Shown in pieces: positions 13,591-27,160 of a stretch of DNA of 64,000 nt. Position numbers and translations under genes: made by a program. The notes under the pieces are model-generated. The model searched no databases, was not told the origin of the DNA, and was given only the letters and a program-made list of their open reading frames with translations. The stretch's first letter is position 1, and each line of letters opens with the position of its first letter. Origin of the DNA: Kondoa subrosea (lineage: Eukaryota); contig BCIN01000002.1 in the NCBI GenBank assembly GCA_039545335.1, positions 2,448,678 through 2,512,677 on the forward strand. The letters are read 5' to 3'.

Positions 13591-14908
13591 ATGGAGTTGA
13601 CCAAGAGCAGCGAACGAAAGATGGTCAGCGAAAGTGATTACCAACGATTGAAAGATACCTTGCACAACACTTCTGGATCAGTGCCGCTTGCAGAAAGATT
13701 CAGAGCTCTGTTTTCATTGAAGGGTCTAGCCAATGATCGAGCTATCGATATAATCGGTTCTGGTGTGTTATTGCATTAATCACTACAAGATATAATGGGC
13801 CTAATACACATGGTCTGAGACAGCTCTACCGAAATCTTCTGCTTTACTTGGTCATGAACTTGCATATTGCTTAGGCCAAATCGGTTCTCCACATGCTTTG
13901 CCAATATTGGAATCAGTACTCAGAGATGAATCTTATCATCCTATGGTCAGACACGAATCAGCAGAAGCAATGGGAGCTATTTCATCCTTGGACAGTTTAC
14001 CGATCTTGAGGGAATACAGGGATAAAGAAGGAGAATGTCAAGCGGTTGTGGAAACTTGTCAGATTGCTGTGCAAAAAGTCGAATGGGATCATCAAGCTTC
14101 TTCTTCGGAAAAGACTGCTCGAAGGTGCGTCCAATGAAGCATCATCATACTTTGTTTTATGTTGATACTGTTCCATTTGGTGTACAGCCCGTACGACTCC
14201 ATAGATCCAGCACCACCTCTAGCAATGCACGAAACTTCGCAAACTTCTTCTTCTATTCCTGAATTAAGGGATCAATTACTCAACACCTCTTCTTCCCTCT
14301 TCCAACGCTACCGGGCAATGTTCGCACTACGAAACGACGCATCTCGAGAAGCAGTCTTAGCATTAGCAGATGGTTTCAGTGATTCATCAGCTTTATTCCG
14401 GTCAGTCTAAATCCCTTTTTCTCTTCAATACTTCATCTGACATGGACGAGGGACAGACATGAAATAGCATACATTTTCGGTCAACTTTCATCACCTCATT
14501 CAGTACCTTCTTTACTAGTCGTTTTGGGTAACGAAAAAGAAGATGAAATGGTTCGACATGAAGCAGCAGAAGCTTTGGGATCTATTGCATCAGAAGAAGT
14601 TTTACCTATTCTGAAAGAATGGAGTGAAAGAAAAGATAGTCCTCAAGTGGTTAAAGAGAGTTGTATTGTCGCTTTGGACATGTTTGCTTATGGTTAGTCT
14701 TTCTCTTTTTAAAAGGTGGATTAAACTGATAACGTGCGTTGAAAACAGAGAATTCAGGTCCGTCTAGCGTGCAGCCGGATCTGCGAGACGCTGATTTGAC
14801 GTTAAACCACCACACACAGGTCAACTAGATTATGCTGAACGAGTACAAGCGGCTGAGATGGGTTTGTCGAAGGAGGAAGCTTTACCTCAAGCGATTGCTG
14901 TTGAATAG
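13591..14908 (+). CDS. LIA1: Deoxyhypusine hydroxylase
   Basis: HEAT repeats with HE motifs: [77 protein letters not shown]. Confidence 0.93.
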
Positions 14909-15064
14909 TATTGGATCGGATTATTTAGGGATTTTCACCAGAAGTATATATGCATGTTTGCTGTCTTATCTATGCTTTCCTTCTATTCATGTCGCCCTAG
15001 AATTCGAGATTTTGGCAGGAAGTTGATTAATTACGCGTTTATCTTGCCCTACCATCTTCAGAAC

Positions 15065-15722
15065 ATGATACCTCCTCAGGTGAGATCTATACTCAGATCA
15101 TTGGTCTGTTGTCTGATCCTGCGTTATAGTGGCAGCATCAAGTCAGCTCCGAATAGTTTCATTGCTTTGCCGCTCTGACTTGATTTTGGTTTACTATAGC
15201 TACAAGAGCTGATTACTCGCAAGGCATGCTCTTTCCTTGATTTGTAGTCTATTCATGAGCTGATCCATATGAATGATGCAGCTCTTGGAATCAAAGACCT
15301 TTACAGGTGGAATACAAGCTGGTCAGTTCAGTTATCTTATGATCGAAGATCTGCTGCTTAAACCTCCAGATAGCACATAGGTATTCGCAAGGAATAAGGC
15401 AAGGGTTCTTGGAAGGCTTGAGAGCAGAGGATGAAGGTCCGCCGTACTGCCCTCGACTTGAACATCAAGTTTCATCTTTGTTCTGTGGACAGGCATGACG
15501 AAATCGCAAGCAGATCAATCGCAGTCATACTCCAAACCTGAACCGCAAAGGAGGACATACTCTTCTTCCACTTCCTCCTCGAATACACGGCAAACATCAA
15601 GAGAAGATATAGATCCTGATCGAGGCTATTCCGGAGAAAGATACAAGAGCAGACCACCGCCTAAAGATCTTGAAGAATTTCTTCGGAGGACGCAGGAGGA
15701 TGTAGATAGAAGGAATCGGTGA
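15065..15722 (+). CDS. Small multi-exon hypothetical protein
   Basis: Short exons flanked by splice signals (MIPPQ|...LGIKDLYRWNTSW|IAHRYSQGIRQGFLEGLRAEDE|...) ending in ORF 15495-15722; no family recognised. Confidence 0.35.
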
Positions 15723-16050
15723 CACCTCTTTTCCTCGCGATGTTGGCCCTTGTATTGTGAGTTGTCTTGGCCATCTTGATGTCCCAAACTAAGCTGTGGT
15801 TGCCAGATTTTACTGTATTTCAGGCATTGTATAACCTCACAGATATGCATGTTGTACCTTGCGACCTATTCAAAAGCTTAAGTTATCTCTCTTCTACTAC
15901 CAATTGGCCGAGATCGTGCTACTTCCTGCTTGAAAACATGAATCCAACTCAGCCAGTCACTTGATAATGCCCGCAACAACAGCTGTTACTTTGCAATGCT
16001 AAACGACTACTACAAAGCGATCATCCCAAACCCCCGTTATGGCTCATTGC

Positions 16051-17073
16051 TCATCCAAACATTTCTCTACTCTCTGTACCGCCGCTGTGATAGTTTCCTA
16101 GTCATTACTGTTTTGCCTCTCAATCCAAAGAAAGACTTACTATAAAGCCAAATTCCAGCTCTTTGGTTCTTTCCACTGGACATCCTCTGCTCAATCAAAT
16201 TGATTCGGTCACTTCTAGCTGACCAAACCAATGCAATGAAGGAACTGACCTTTGCCGAAGATGACTTTCCCTACCAAATTAGCTAAAGCTCTCGCATCTC
16301 CTCTGTTATCCCCTTCTACAACATACATCAAAACCACATCCATTCCCAAGTTTTGCTGTCGAGCTGAAGAAAGTAAACGAGTAGTTAAACCTGCTGCTGG
16401 AATAGGTTGATTTGCTGTATGAGAAGGTAATAAAGTAGAAAGTTGGGTTAATTTTGGTTGAGAAGAAGTAGATAAGAACCGGAATGGATTTGCACTGAAT
16501 AAGATTATGATACAATTCAGTATAGATTGTAATGAAAGAGAGAGGGGAAAGGAAAACAAACGATTGAGATAAATCTGAATCACGACGTGTTGAAGCATCC
16601 ATTGAGGCTAGTACTAGGATGGAAGAGAATTTGGCTGCTAAACAAAAGGAGAGAAGGGAAGAGATGAAATCATCTTTCCTTGCCTGTCACCATTCTGAGC
16701 TCTAACTGGACAAGTAAGGATGAAGAAACTTACCTTCAGAGGTGGACTTCTTTGGTGAATCAAAGTAACTTTCCCATCCTTTGATTGATACACTGTACGT
16801 CCCAACACGTCAGAAAGACTTCGTAAAGTCAGCTGATCATGCAAGCGCACCTTCTACTGGAGTCAAGAAGCCTTCGTCACCATTCTCCAAAGCACCAACA
16901 ACAGGAATATGATACTCCGCTGACAATGAACCCACGAGTAAGAGATCAAAAGTATGAATAAGAAGATCAGCAGTCAGTTGAGGTAGGTTTGCCAGTGAGA
17001 CGATTGGTAGGATTAAAGTCGAATCTTGGAATGAGATCGAAGCTTCCCTGTTCTTAGGCTTGAAAGAGTTCAT
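16051..17073 (-). CDS. Proteasome assembly chaperone 2 (PAC2/PSMG2)
   Basis: STLILPIVSLANLPQLTADLLI, HQRSPPLK, AAGLTTRLL, VVEGDNRGDARALA, WKEPKSW motifs. Confidence 0.85.
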
Positions 17074-17182
17074 GTCTTATTGAATCAGAGAGCGAGGTAG
17101 AGAGAGAGAGTGAAGGGGAGGACGGCACGTATTCAGCGCTGAAAGAGAGAGACGCGCAATCAGATAAATGTAAACGACGACA

Positions 17183-18217
17183 ATGAAGAACAGAATGATC
17201 GTGCTCTTCTGTCTCGCGAGTGCAGTCATACTAGGATCCACTTACCTGTTGATGGATACAACTTCTGTATCGACGCGGTTGAAAGGAGAAGAAGATTATC
17301 AATACCCAGTCGAACAAAGGTTAGATGTGCAGCAGGACTCGCAGCAGGGCGAAGAAGGGTTGAGCGACGAGACTGTGATGCCTAGATTGAGGAATGAGAC
17401 TGCTAGAGCGGAATTAGGGAGAGCTGGGTGGAAACTGCTACGTGAGGTCAAAGTCATATTGTCTGTTGCGGTACACTGGCTCATCGGCGAGCAGATACTA
17501 TGGGTCAGAGGTGAATGGCCTGTACGATCAGCCTGTGTTGGATCTAATTGGTCAGCCAGATACCCAGATCATCCTACACCAGATCAACGCAAGACTTTCA
17601 AGGTGGGAAGCTCCTATGCTACAAGTTATCCTCAGTTCTTATAAAATTAAATCAGGACTTTTTGCATCTCTTCTCTCGAATGTATCCTTGCGGCAAGCTT
17701 TCTTCGGTCATGTTCCTTATTTGCATGAAAGCTAATTTTAAAGTTAAGGTGAATGCGCGACCCATTTCCAGCAAATGCTAAAGGAATACGTAAGCAGAGT
17801 TTTTCTTGCGGATCTCTAGTAGTAGATTATGCTTAGGGTTACGCTGAATAGCCTCCACAAACGTCAAGCAAGACTACCGCTTCGCTTTATCTATGTATGC
17901 TGCATAACAAAGTCAACGTTAGGCTGAAGAAGGTAAGCTATATTGCTGTTCGTTCTATATCTTAGATTATTCAGCTTCGTGGCTTTACAGGAAGAGTTTG
18001 ACTGCTCAAAGGTTTGCCCTTCTCATGTATTAATCTGGTCGTTATCTGAAGCCAAGACTAGCTGGAAGGACTATATGACTGTGGATGCGGTGATGAATCT
18101 TCTTCATCATCATCATCAGCAGCCTCGATACCTCAAATAACCAAGAAAGCTCGACAAGCGAATTATACTCAGTCATTGATCGATCCTATCACAGGCGAAG
18201 AATTAGTTCATGGATGA
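17183..18217 (+). CDS. ERV2: FAD-linked sulfhydryl oxidase Erv2
   Basis: N-terminal TM, RAELGRAGWKLL, spliced YPCG|ECA CxxC, LCMLHNKVNVRL, FDC and YDCGC shuttle motif. Confidence 0.9.
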
Positions 18218-18466
18218 AGAAGAGATACTCTGCAATTTGGTTTGTGTTTTAATGTGTATGTGCGTTATGTGAAAGAGTCAGGAACCTAATAGTACAAGCA
18301 TACCCTCGTGTAAAGAACCCAGATAACCCAGCCCCGAAATCAAATCATTATGATCTACCACCCCCTTTTTGCAATAAAATGACAAAGCCGAAAACCCACA
18401 TCTATTAAAGCTTTCAAAAACACCCAAATCGTCGTCCCTTGTCTGTCTGTCTGTCTCATTCGATTT

Positions 18467-19744
18467 TTACCATCTCCTACCACCGCCGAAATCTTCTCTT
18501 TCTTCATTCTCTTCCATCTCTTTATACCGTTCTTTGATATGAGGCGGTATATCTACAGTATGACCTGATTGAGGCCAAGCATGATACCAATGAATAGCAC
18601 CATTCGGTGGCATAGAAGAAGAAGCAGAAGTAGGAGGGGGATGAGTACTTGATCTCAATGGTGGTGGAACGACCAAAGGTAAAGGTAACAAAGGTCTATC
18701 AGCTTGTTGTAGAGATAAATTTAGGAAATCAGTTTGAGGTGGTGGTAAGACTGGAGCTGGACCTAAGAAATAGTTTCCTGCTTGTTGTTGTTGTCTTTGT
18801 AATCTTGTTGGCGCTGAACGAGTAGATGAGAGATAGGAAGAAGATGCTTGTTCGGATGGAGTAGAGTAATCGCAAGATGATATTGTAGTCGGCGCTGAAG
18901 AAGGTGCATACGAAGAAGAGGTTTGGGAAATCGAAGAGAGCCAAGAAGCAGTTGCTGAAGCTTTCGAATTGGTCGTGCTGGCCTGAGAAGAGCTTTCAGC
19001 CGAAGGGGATTGTTCGCGTAAATATCGCGGAGTCAGAGGTAGAGAACTGCTGCTATACGTCGAACCCGCTGAACCAGGTGGCATGAGCGAGTCGCGATAA
19101 TTGCTGTGGTCAGATTCCGTTTGAGGATGTGAAAGATTCATAACCGGATTTGTTCGTAATGGATGCAAGGATGAAGTTGTCCACGACGGAGAAGGATGTG
19201 GTGGGAAAGTTTGCAGTTGCGGTACTGAGCCAGAAGTAGAAGGTTCAGCTTGCATATCGTCATTGCTGATTCGTCCCGCGTCTTCGCTTGCATCACCCAA
19301 TTGCGCTCGAGCTCTCAATCTGGCCATCTTTGCCCTTCTATTCTGGAACCAAACCTGACGTTATCACAGAATCAGTCTCCGCTTTACCCCAACATGGGAA
19401 AATTTGCTTCAACTTACCTGAACTTCGCGATTGGTCATGCCTAACCTCTCCGCCAACTCTTCCCTCACATCATACAAAGGTGTATCACTTATGTTGAAAG
19501 CGGCAGCCAAAGTTTCCAGCTGCGCAGGTGAAATCCTCTTGCGCTTTGGCTTATAGTTTGCAGGTTGGGGTTGACTCGAGACAGTCTGAGTAGGCTCGGA
19601 CACAGTAGAATGAGGAGCAGGAGGATGATTGGCAGTAGAAAGTTTGCTAGAACCAGCATCAGGCGGTGAAGTTGAGAGCTGTCTCTTGTTGTGCGTTGTG
19701 AGACGATTAGAGTTGGGCAACAAATTCGACCAGGATGGATCCAT
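18467..19744 (-). CDS. Homeobox transcription factor
   Basis: KPKRKRISPAQLETLAAAF...VREELAERLGMTNREVQ|VWFQNRRAK homeodomain followed by an S/P-rich tail. Confidence 0.88.
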
Positions 19745-20531
19745 TGCTACAGAAAGAAATGGATCTGCAAGGGCGCGGGATTGAGATCCGCAAATAGAAT
19801 TGTTTGCAAAATTGACTGGAGATTGGGGCGGAGCCGAGGTGAAATTTATTGAAAGCTTGATTGAATATGCATTTAGTACGGGTGAATGTACAGATATAGA
19901 ACGAGAGAGAGGGTAGCTGGGCGGTGTATTGCGAGGTAACGCGGTATAGTGCCGTGTGAGTTGGACCTTGGTGGAGCGTTGCAGCCGCTCCAGCTAAAGG
20001 CAGCGGGTCAGAGACTATCGCGGATTTTTAATATCGGGCTGGTGTGGCTCGATCACTTCCTCGTTGCCTTGCTAGCACGCGAGTGATGATGCCCTAAGCC
20101 CAAAAAGGAGAAGAAAGATGGACAAAAGTATTATCGAGCGGCTGTTCTGCAAGGTTCGTCGTCCGCTCAGGCACCGCCTTTGCCCCGCGATGCAAAATTC
20201 CGAAAGTCCTGGATTAGGACTGAGTATGTCCTGATATCGCTCTCAACATGGAACAATTAGGCACACCACCGAAGAAGAAGCGGGCAAGAAAAATATGCTG
20301 ACCTTATACTAAAAATCGCATGTCTGAGCTTAATTGAATCGGAATCGGAGTGATCAGTGAGTGATCGGCAACAGAGACCTTAGAGATAAAAACATGTGGG
20401 CATAGATGACGCGAAGCTAGACAACGCCTGTAAGCATCCCCCAATGACCAAGCGAGAGGCGCAAAAGCAATAGCCCGCAATTTGGAGACAAAAGACGAAT
20501 TGAGAAAAGCCGTCACGATCAAAGCAAAATC

Positions 20532-22099
20532 CTATTCAAGTTCATCCCACCAGTTTCCTTGCGGTTGAGATTTCTTTGATGACGATGAGGTAGAAGATAC
20601 AATTTTTGCTTGCTTCTTGACCGAAGTCTTGCCAGCAGACGCAGTACTATTAGGCAGATTTTTCGATAATGCAGGATTCGGCTTGTTAGATGTAGCAATT
20701 CTCTTCATTTCGATAGGCTTTGCAACGTTGATAGAAAGCGAGGACTCCTCTTGCGATATCGATGGACCATTGCTGTTCGCCATCTTCTTCTCCGCCGCTG
20801 AGGCCTCCTTCCCGCTCCTCTTTATTGTTCCCGCTTGTGAAGTCTTTTTAGTCTCTGTAGCGACTTGAGGGAGTGTTATAGGGATGGCGATTGTCTTGGT
20901 GCCTTCAGCTTGAATACCCTGCACTTCCGTCTCCTCATTCAATTCAGAAGCTACTACCGCCGCCAGACCAAGCGATCTATTCTGCTTGTACCGTCGAGTA
21001 GGGTCAACAGCAGAGACTTTTGGTATAACGGGAGTAGCAGTCTTTGCTTGAGCTGTTTTCCGACGTGTTTCTGAAGATTGATTGAGAGAAGCTTCCCATT
21101 CTGTCTTGTATGCCCTGAAGATGGCCATAGTAGCTCTAGCGTCTTCCACCTAGACAGCTATTGTTTCAACATTCAAGCATAAAAGCAGTCTGAAGTCACT
21201 AACCGATGAATGCTCTGCAGACTGGATTTCTATACCGAGAACTATCTTGGCCAAATTTCGCAGTCCAGGTCGTTTCGATTTTGCTACAGCATGAATCCCA
21301 GCATAAGTTTGTGTATCTCGTATCTGAGCTCTCGGATGAGAAAGAAGAAGAACCTGATATCTTTGTCAGCTCCTCCTTCCTAGAGAGAGATTTGACTGAC
21401 TTGAAGATCATTATGAATAGCATGTCCAACCAAGATCCTTCCTTGAGCTAGATCCGCGACCATCTTGACTACTTCCTCAAAAGTAGGAGCACCTTGCAAA
21501 TCCTCTGCTCTGACTCCGCTGACCCAAGTTCTGTAATCCGTGACCCTCTCCTTCTGCCTCACAAAGGTATCGAGCAGCACATGACCATGGAAATTGACCA
21601 TTGATACTCTCGCCAAAGAAGATGCAACACCATTTGTCCCTACGCCAACAAACTCGCAATCAATAGCTACATAACGACCAGCACTATCATCTATGATCAG
21701 TTTGTGTATCTCTCTTAGTGGGATGCGTGAGAACAATTCTGTGACTTACTCAGCGTGGGAAGAAGGCCCAGCTTCAGGCGGATCCAGTACGTCCATAAAA
21801 GAAGATTTGTATTCAGTCCTAGCAACCTTAGCAGTAGGTTCGGCTTCTTCTTCTCTGTCCAAGTCTGGAGCAGGCGAACTCGATGCTGCTCGTTTGCGCT
21901 TCTTAAGATATTGAGGGTTCTTGGCTGCAACTTTCTGTGTACAGACATGAGATAATTGCCAAACAGATCAAATAGGGTCACGAACGTCCTTGAGAGCAGC
22001 CCAATTGGACGAAGGTTTTGCATCTACCGCAGATGCAGAATCTGGTTTGCTAGCTTTCCTCAGAGCTTTCTTGCGCTGTGTATTGGATAGCGTGCTCAT
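20532..22099 (-). CDS. REX4: RNA exonuclease 4 (DEDDh)
   Basis: SSNWAALK N-terminus, YVAIDCEFVGVG, LARVSMVN, VTDYRTWVSG, ILVGHAIHNDL, EDARATMAIF. Confidence 0.9.
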
Positions 22100-22199
22100 T
22101 GAAAGGGTATAGTAGCCTCCTTCTATGGCTCTGAGGGTAATCGTCTGCTGATAACCTGTGAATTGGCGAAAATTGGATCTGGCTTACTCTCGAACTGCT

Positions 22200-23315
22200 A
22201 TGCTGTATATCATCGGTCTTGGGTTGTGCGTGCAATCTTGATCAATCACACTTTGTACTGTACCAATTCACAGCGAGACAGAGGCGACGAGCGAGATGTG
22301 ACCGTCAAAGGACTTGATGCTATAAAATCATCGAAGCGTGTCTACCTTGAAGCCTACACTTCCATTCTCGGCTGTTCGCAAGAAAAACTAGTGCGCTACT
22401 CTTTCCTGCGCTTTTTTTCTTCTTCTTCTTTTTCATGCTTTGCCTTTTCTCTCCTTCTGTCTGGCAATGTAGGAAAGCTTCTATGGCAAATCGATCATTA
22501 TCGCGGACCGGGATATGGTCGAAACAGACTCGGACAGTATACTGGAAGATGCTGCTTCTGTCGACGTGTCTTTCCTGGTTGTTGGTGATCCGTTTGGGTT
22601 CGTCCATTCGTTAGAAACGACTACCTTTTCCGTCTAATCTTTACTCTTCGACAGAGCAACAACGCACGCCGATTTGGTACTCAGAGCAGAAGCATTAAAA
22701 ATACCAGTCAATGTCATTCATAACGCATCGATAATGAACGCTATAGGGGCAAACGGTCTAGCGCTGTACAATTACGGTCAAACAGTTTCTATCCCATTCT
22801 TTACTGAAACTTGGCGGCCTTCAAGTTGGTTGGAACGAATCATGGAGAATTGGAAGTTGGGCTTACATACACTTTGTTTGCTGGATATCAAAGTCAAAGA
22901 GCAAAGTGAAGAGAATTTAGCTAGGTAAGCACACCAAGATCCATTCTTTTGAGAGTCATTGCTCATTGGAAACGTATATAGAGGGCGGAAGATTTACGAA
23001 CCAGCTCGGTTCATGTCAACGTCAACAGCGATCCAACAACTTCTTTCCCTACTAGATTCCTCATCCAAACTCAATCCAGCAGAAACTCTCGCTATCTCAT
23101 TAGCTCAAGTCGGATCTCCTCAGCAAGTGATATTAGCAGGAACACTAGCGAGTCTTGATCAATGCGATGAAGAGAAATTTGGCTCGCCTTTGCATAGTTT
23201 CGTCATTGTCGGCAAGAGGTTTCATCCCATGGAAAGGGATTTTGCAACTCGCTTTGCAGTAGATCAACAAGAGTGGAACAGGGTAGCTAACGAAATATAC
23301 AAATGTCGTGATTGA
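22200..23315 (+). CDS. DPH5: Diphthine methyl ester synthase
   Basis: [86 protein letters not shown]. Confidence 0.95.
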
Positions 23316-23381
23316 ATTACATTTCTTGTGATACGCATTTACCTCAACTCAACGTGTAACAAGTTTCCTGCGGGTATACTT

Positions 23382-25399
23382 TCATTGAAACACATCCCGA
23401 GCTTTGACGGGCACAAAGACTTTGGTACGAGCGGGCGATGCTGAAGGGAAAAGACCATAATGACGAGATTCGCAAGACTTGTTGAAAGCTGCCCAATCGT
23501 TGATGGCTAGATGACACATGAGCACAGTCTGAGTGAGAGAAGAGCGACTTGACTCACGTGGTAAATCGACTTGCATTCCAGCTGAATTGAACAAAACAGG
23601 TCGCCATTCAGGTTTCTCGAGGCGAACAGCAGAATTGCCTGTTTGTGATCTCGAGGAATGCGAAAGTTGGAAAGATGCAACTCACGGAAATGCTGGACCA
23701 AAGTAGGCAGACCCTGATCTTTTGCGAAGCACATCTGCACCAACTTAGCGCTGTGATCTGGTGCCCAGTGAGTTTCAAGTTTGGTTTGAGCGAAATGAAG
23801 TAGAGCAGCAGATGAGGTGAAGTTGACGAATGCGTAGCCTACAGGACCGTAAGCTACAAGGACAAGCACAATGTAAGACAGACCTAGATTGTTTTCAGTC
23901 TTGAAATCGATGCGCAGGTACAAGAAGTTGTATTGACCAGGAACGACAGAATCAAGGAAGTCGAGCAAGTTTTGTTGACTCATACGATTAGCAATGTTCT
24001 GTGGTAAGAGGCGGTCAGGACGGAGCAACAGCCTTGCTAGATTGAACAGCCAACCCACCTTGAGCATAACAGTAGTTCTCTTTTCTTGACCACTTGCAAT
24101 TCTGTCCAAGTCAAAGTGATTGTAATGTGGTACATCTTCCGTAGTGCGCAAACTACCAAAACGTTCTGAACTTTTCTGCTCGACTGATTTGGATAAAACA
24201 GGTGGTGAGCTGAAGACATCGCGATCCGGTTGAGCAAAGATGTGAGGAGCTGCGCTGAAGCGAAGAGGCAATGGGGAATCTGCCGTAGATCGTTGACGCG
24301 AAGGCGATTTCGTTGGATCGCCATGAATGCTACGGAAAGCTGGTGGTGAAAATGGATCGCAAGTGTCGACATCGGTAAAGAAGTCGAAGAGGGATGCGAT
24401 AGGTTGAATGCCATTGATCAACATCTGATGCAAGTGAGCGACCGCTTGATGAGCTGCTCGATCATCAAAAAATTCGACAATGAAAGCGCTCGATTCGGTC
24501 AAAGTGATTGACTTGACAGCACCAAAGCTTGAAGTAGCTCGACGAATCATGTGAGCATCTGCTCCAGCAATGTTTTCGATGCGAATGAAGCCTTCACAAG
24601 CTGAAATAATTTTCGAATGATGATCCTCAGGAATGAGCTGGCAGACATTTCAGCATCACGCGATAAGAGCGGAAGAATGACATACATTGAGCAGCTCGTT
24701 ACGAGACAAATGAGTCAAAGCGAGTTCCAGACCAGCTTCAGAAAAACGATCTTCCATTTCGAGTTTGGACATCACAGCTGGGATGAGATTGATGTCATGC
24801 AAAGCCAGAGCAATCCATCCTTCTTTAGCAAGCTGATCAACATAGACGCGCATATCGCCGTACTCATTCTGTGAGAAGCAAGATGAGCAAAAAACACATA
24901 ATTATAGCTCTGCGACAAGTCACCTGCAAGATCTGACGCAGAAAGTTCCGATTGATGTGCTTGTCAACTGATCTGATGACAATGTAACGCTTATTCGAAG
25001 CGAACGCAGCAGACAACTGAGCGGAAGAAGAGGGTGTTGCATGGGCTTGAGTGAATGGCGAAGAGTGAGATGCTAAGCGACGGTGAGGAGGTGTGTATGA
25101 TGCAGAAAGACCAGGTGATAGATGAGCAACTCGTTGCTTCTTTGGACTTCTAGATGCTGGTGGTGTCAAAGGGGAAAGAACTGGATTGAAAGTCTTGTTC
25201 AAAGGTCGACCTGGCGTGTAAGGTGGTGTGTCTGGCAAACGGAAGGTAACGGAAGATTGCCTTTCAGTTGGAGACTGCGGTGCATGCGATCAGCTTGCAG
25301 ATGAAGGGTAGTAAGAAAGGAACTGACGTTCAAAGACATTTCAGCCAAGGTAGTCACAAAGACATCATGATTGTTTTCAAAGATCGGAGCAAGCGACAT
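23382..25399 (-). CDS. Mei2-like RNA-binding protein (RRM + C-terminal RRM_2)
   Basis: FIVEFFDDRAA RRM; RTTVMLK|NIANRM..YNFLYLRIDFKTENNL|GYAFVNF is the Mei2 RRM3 signature; 3' end approximate. Confidence 0.85.
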
Positions 25400-26100
25400 G
25401 ATAAGCTAAGAGAGCAAGCGCTGGCCGGGTTCAAGTGAAGGACAAGCTGTGCTGAGAAGTGAAAGTGCGAATGCCAGACAGATTGCTGAAACAAAAGTAT
25501 GAAAGCAGGAGCAAGAGGCGCAAGAATGAAAGCAGAGGAGATTTATAGTGGCACCGGCATCGCAAGAAGGATCAAAACAAAGCTCTTCGAGATGAAAGGA
25601 TCTACATTTTCAGCCTTTCACGAGAATGTAGACCACTTTAGGCGAAGAAAAGCGCATCATTAGAGTCGCGCTGATTCTCTCTATCGAGTGGTACTATTTC
25701 TGTTCTTGAGTATGGCCAAATGAAGGAGAGCATTGACTTTGTTGTTTTCGACATCGTCGGAACTCGTTGACGCGCTCGTCTTGGTGCATCTTCTCGATAG
25801 AAAGTTATCTTCTTGATGAAATCCTGCCTTACGCTCTTGTTCAAGTTGGTGCAAAGTCACTGTCCGGAATAACAGTTGGCTTTGAGGCCGACCGCATGCA
25901 TTTTTTGTCCACTCCGCCTCTCTTCCTCTTTCCAATTTCATCTATCCGCTACAGTACAAAAGATTCAACCCTGCCATGCTCTGTCGAAGCTAGAAATTGC
26001 CAACACCTGTCGCTTGCATTTCGAAATCCATCCTTGATATCTCCTGACCGAAGGCTTCGTTTTGGGCTATAATCTGCTGCTCGCTTGGTCTCAAACAAGC

Positions 26101-27066
26101 ATGACTGTTACTCAATCGATTCTATGCACCGTTACCGCTGGTTAGTGTTGAGCTCAAGCGATGTAATTCTTTGACTTCAATAGTGCTGACCGAACTATGG
26201 CAGGCTATGACCGGAATGCAGAAGAAAACTTCATTGCAGCCTGTCTGAAGCAAGCTGGCCTAATATGCATACTTCGCGCAAAAGCCGAACAGAATGATCG
26301 CAAGCTTTTGCTGCTTTGTGAATGGGAATCCTACCTTGCGTGAGTATGGCTCGTTCCGCATTCATGCAATTGCTCATAATGACAACAAAGACACGAGACC
26401 TTCGTCAGTAGCTCCATTTCTCGTCGGAATTCCCCTTTTCATCTCCCTTGGCAGATGAAATCGGAGGATTATAGAGCAGTAACACGCGATCTTGCGCGAA
26501 TCCTAGCTGCACCTGTATGTCAATACCACCGCTGATCAATTATAGTCTGCTGATTACGCGGTCCGTCAGATCGAAATATGTCATTTCGATTTCCCAATAC
26601 CTATATCGGACCTGTGCTCGAAAGACGATCCTCTTCTTGAACGGTAGGCTCGATTCATAACATGGGGACTCTGTTGATAATTGATCTAGATTTGTCTTCA
26701 CGACTGATCGCTCGACGGAAGAGCTCGCCAAAGCTTGCGAAAGCAGTAAGTTTGGCTTGACAATTGTGTTTGTAACGTGCTCACGAATAGAACAGTGCAA
26801 GAAGTCATGCGCAAGAAGGGCGCTCCGGTGACATGGGCTCACGCAAGAGAAAACGAGAAGCGCGCGGCTTTCATGGTCTGTTTGATTGCGCTTCGACTCT
26901 TCGGGAGCTGACATCAAAACAGGTCGCAACCAAGAGCATAGAAGCACATCGCTTAGAGAAAGAAATTCAGGCGACGCATCAGGCTGTAGTGTCTCTGCGT
27001 CGTGTTGCCAACGATCGAGTATCGTTGCTGCATTTCAGACTAGAGAGGCTGGAGAAACGGAGCTAG
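26101..27066 (+). CDS. Hypothetical multi-exon protein with coiled-coil C-terminus
   Basis: ATG 26101 followed by GT-AG-bounded exons (YDRNAEENFIAACLKQAG...), ending in ORF 26833-27066; no family recognised. Confidence 0.4.
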
Positions 27067-27160
27067 AGATCTTTGTATAGACTATGTATTACTATTAGAT
27101 GTGAAGCAATGATAAGAGTTCAAAACGATTTTCATTTTGATGCAATCCATGGAAACGAAT

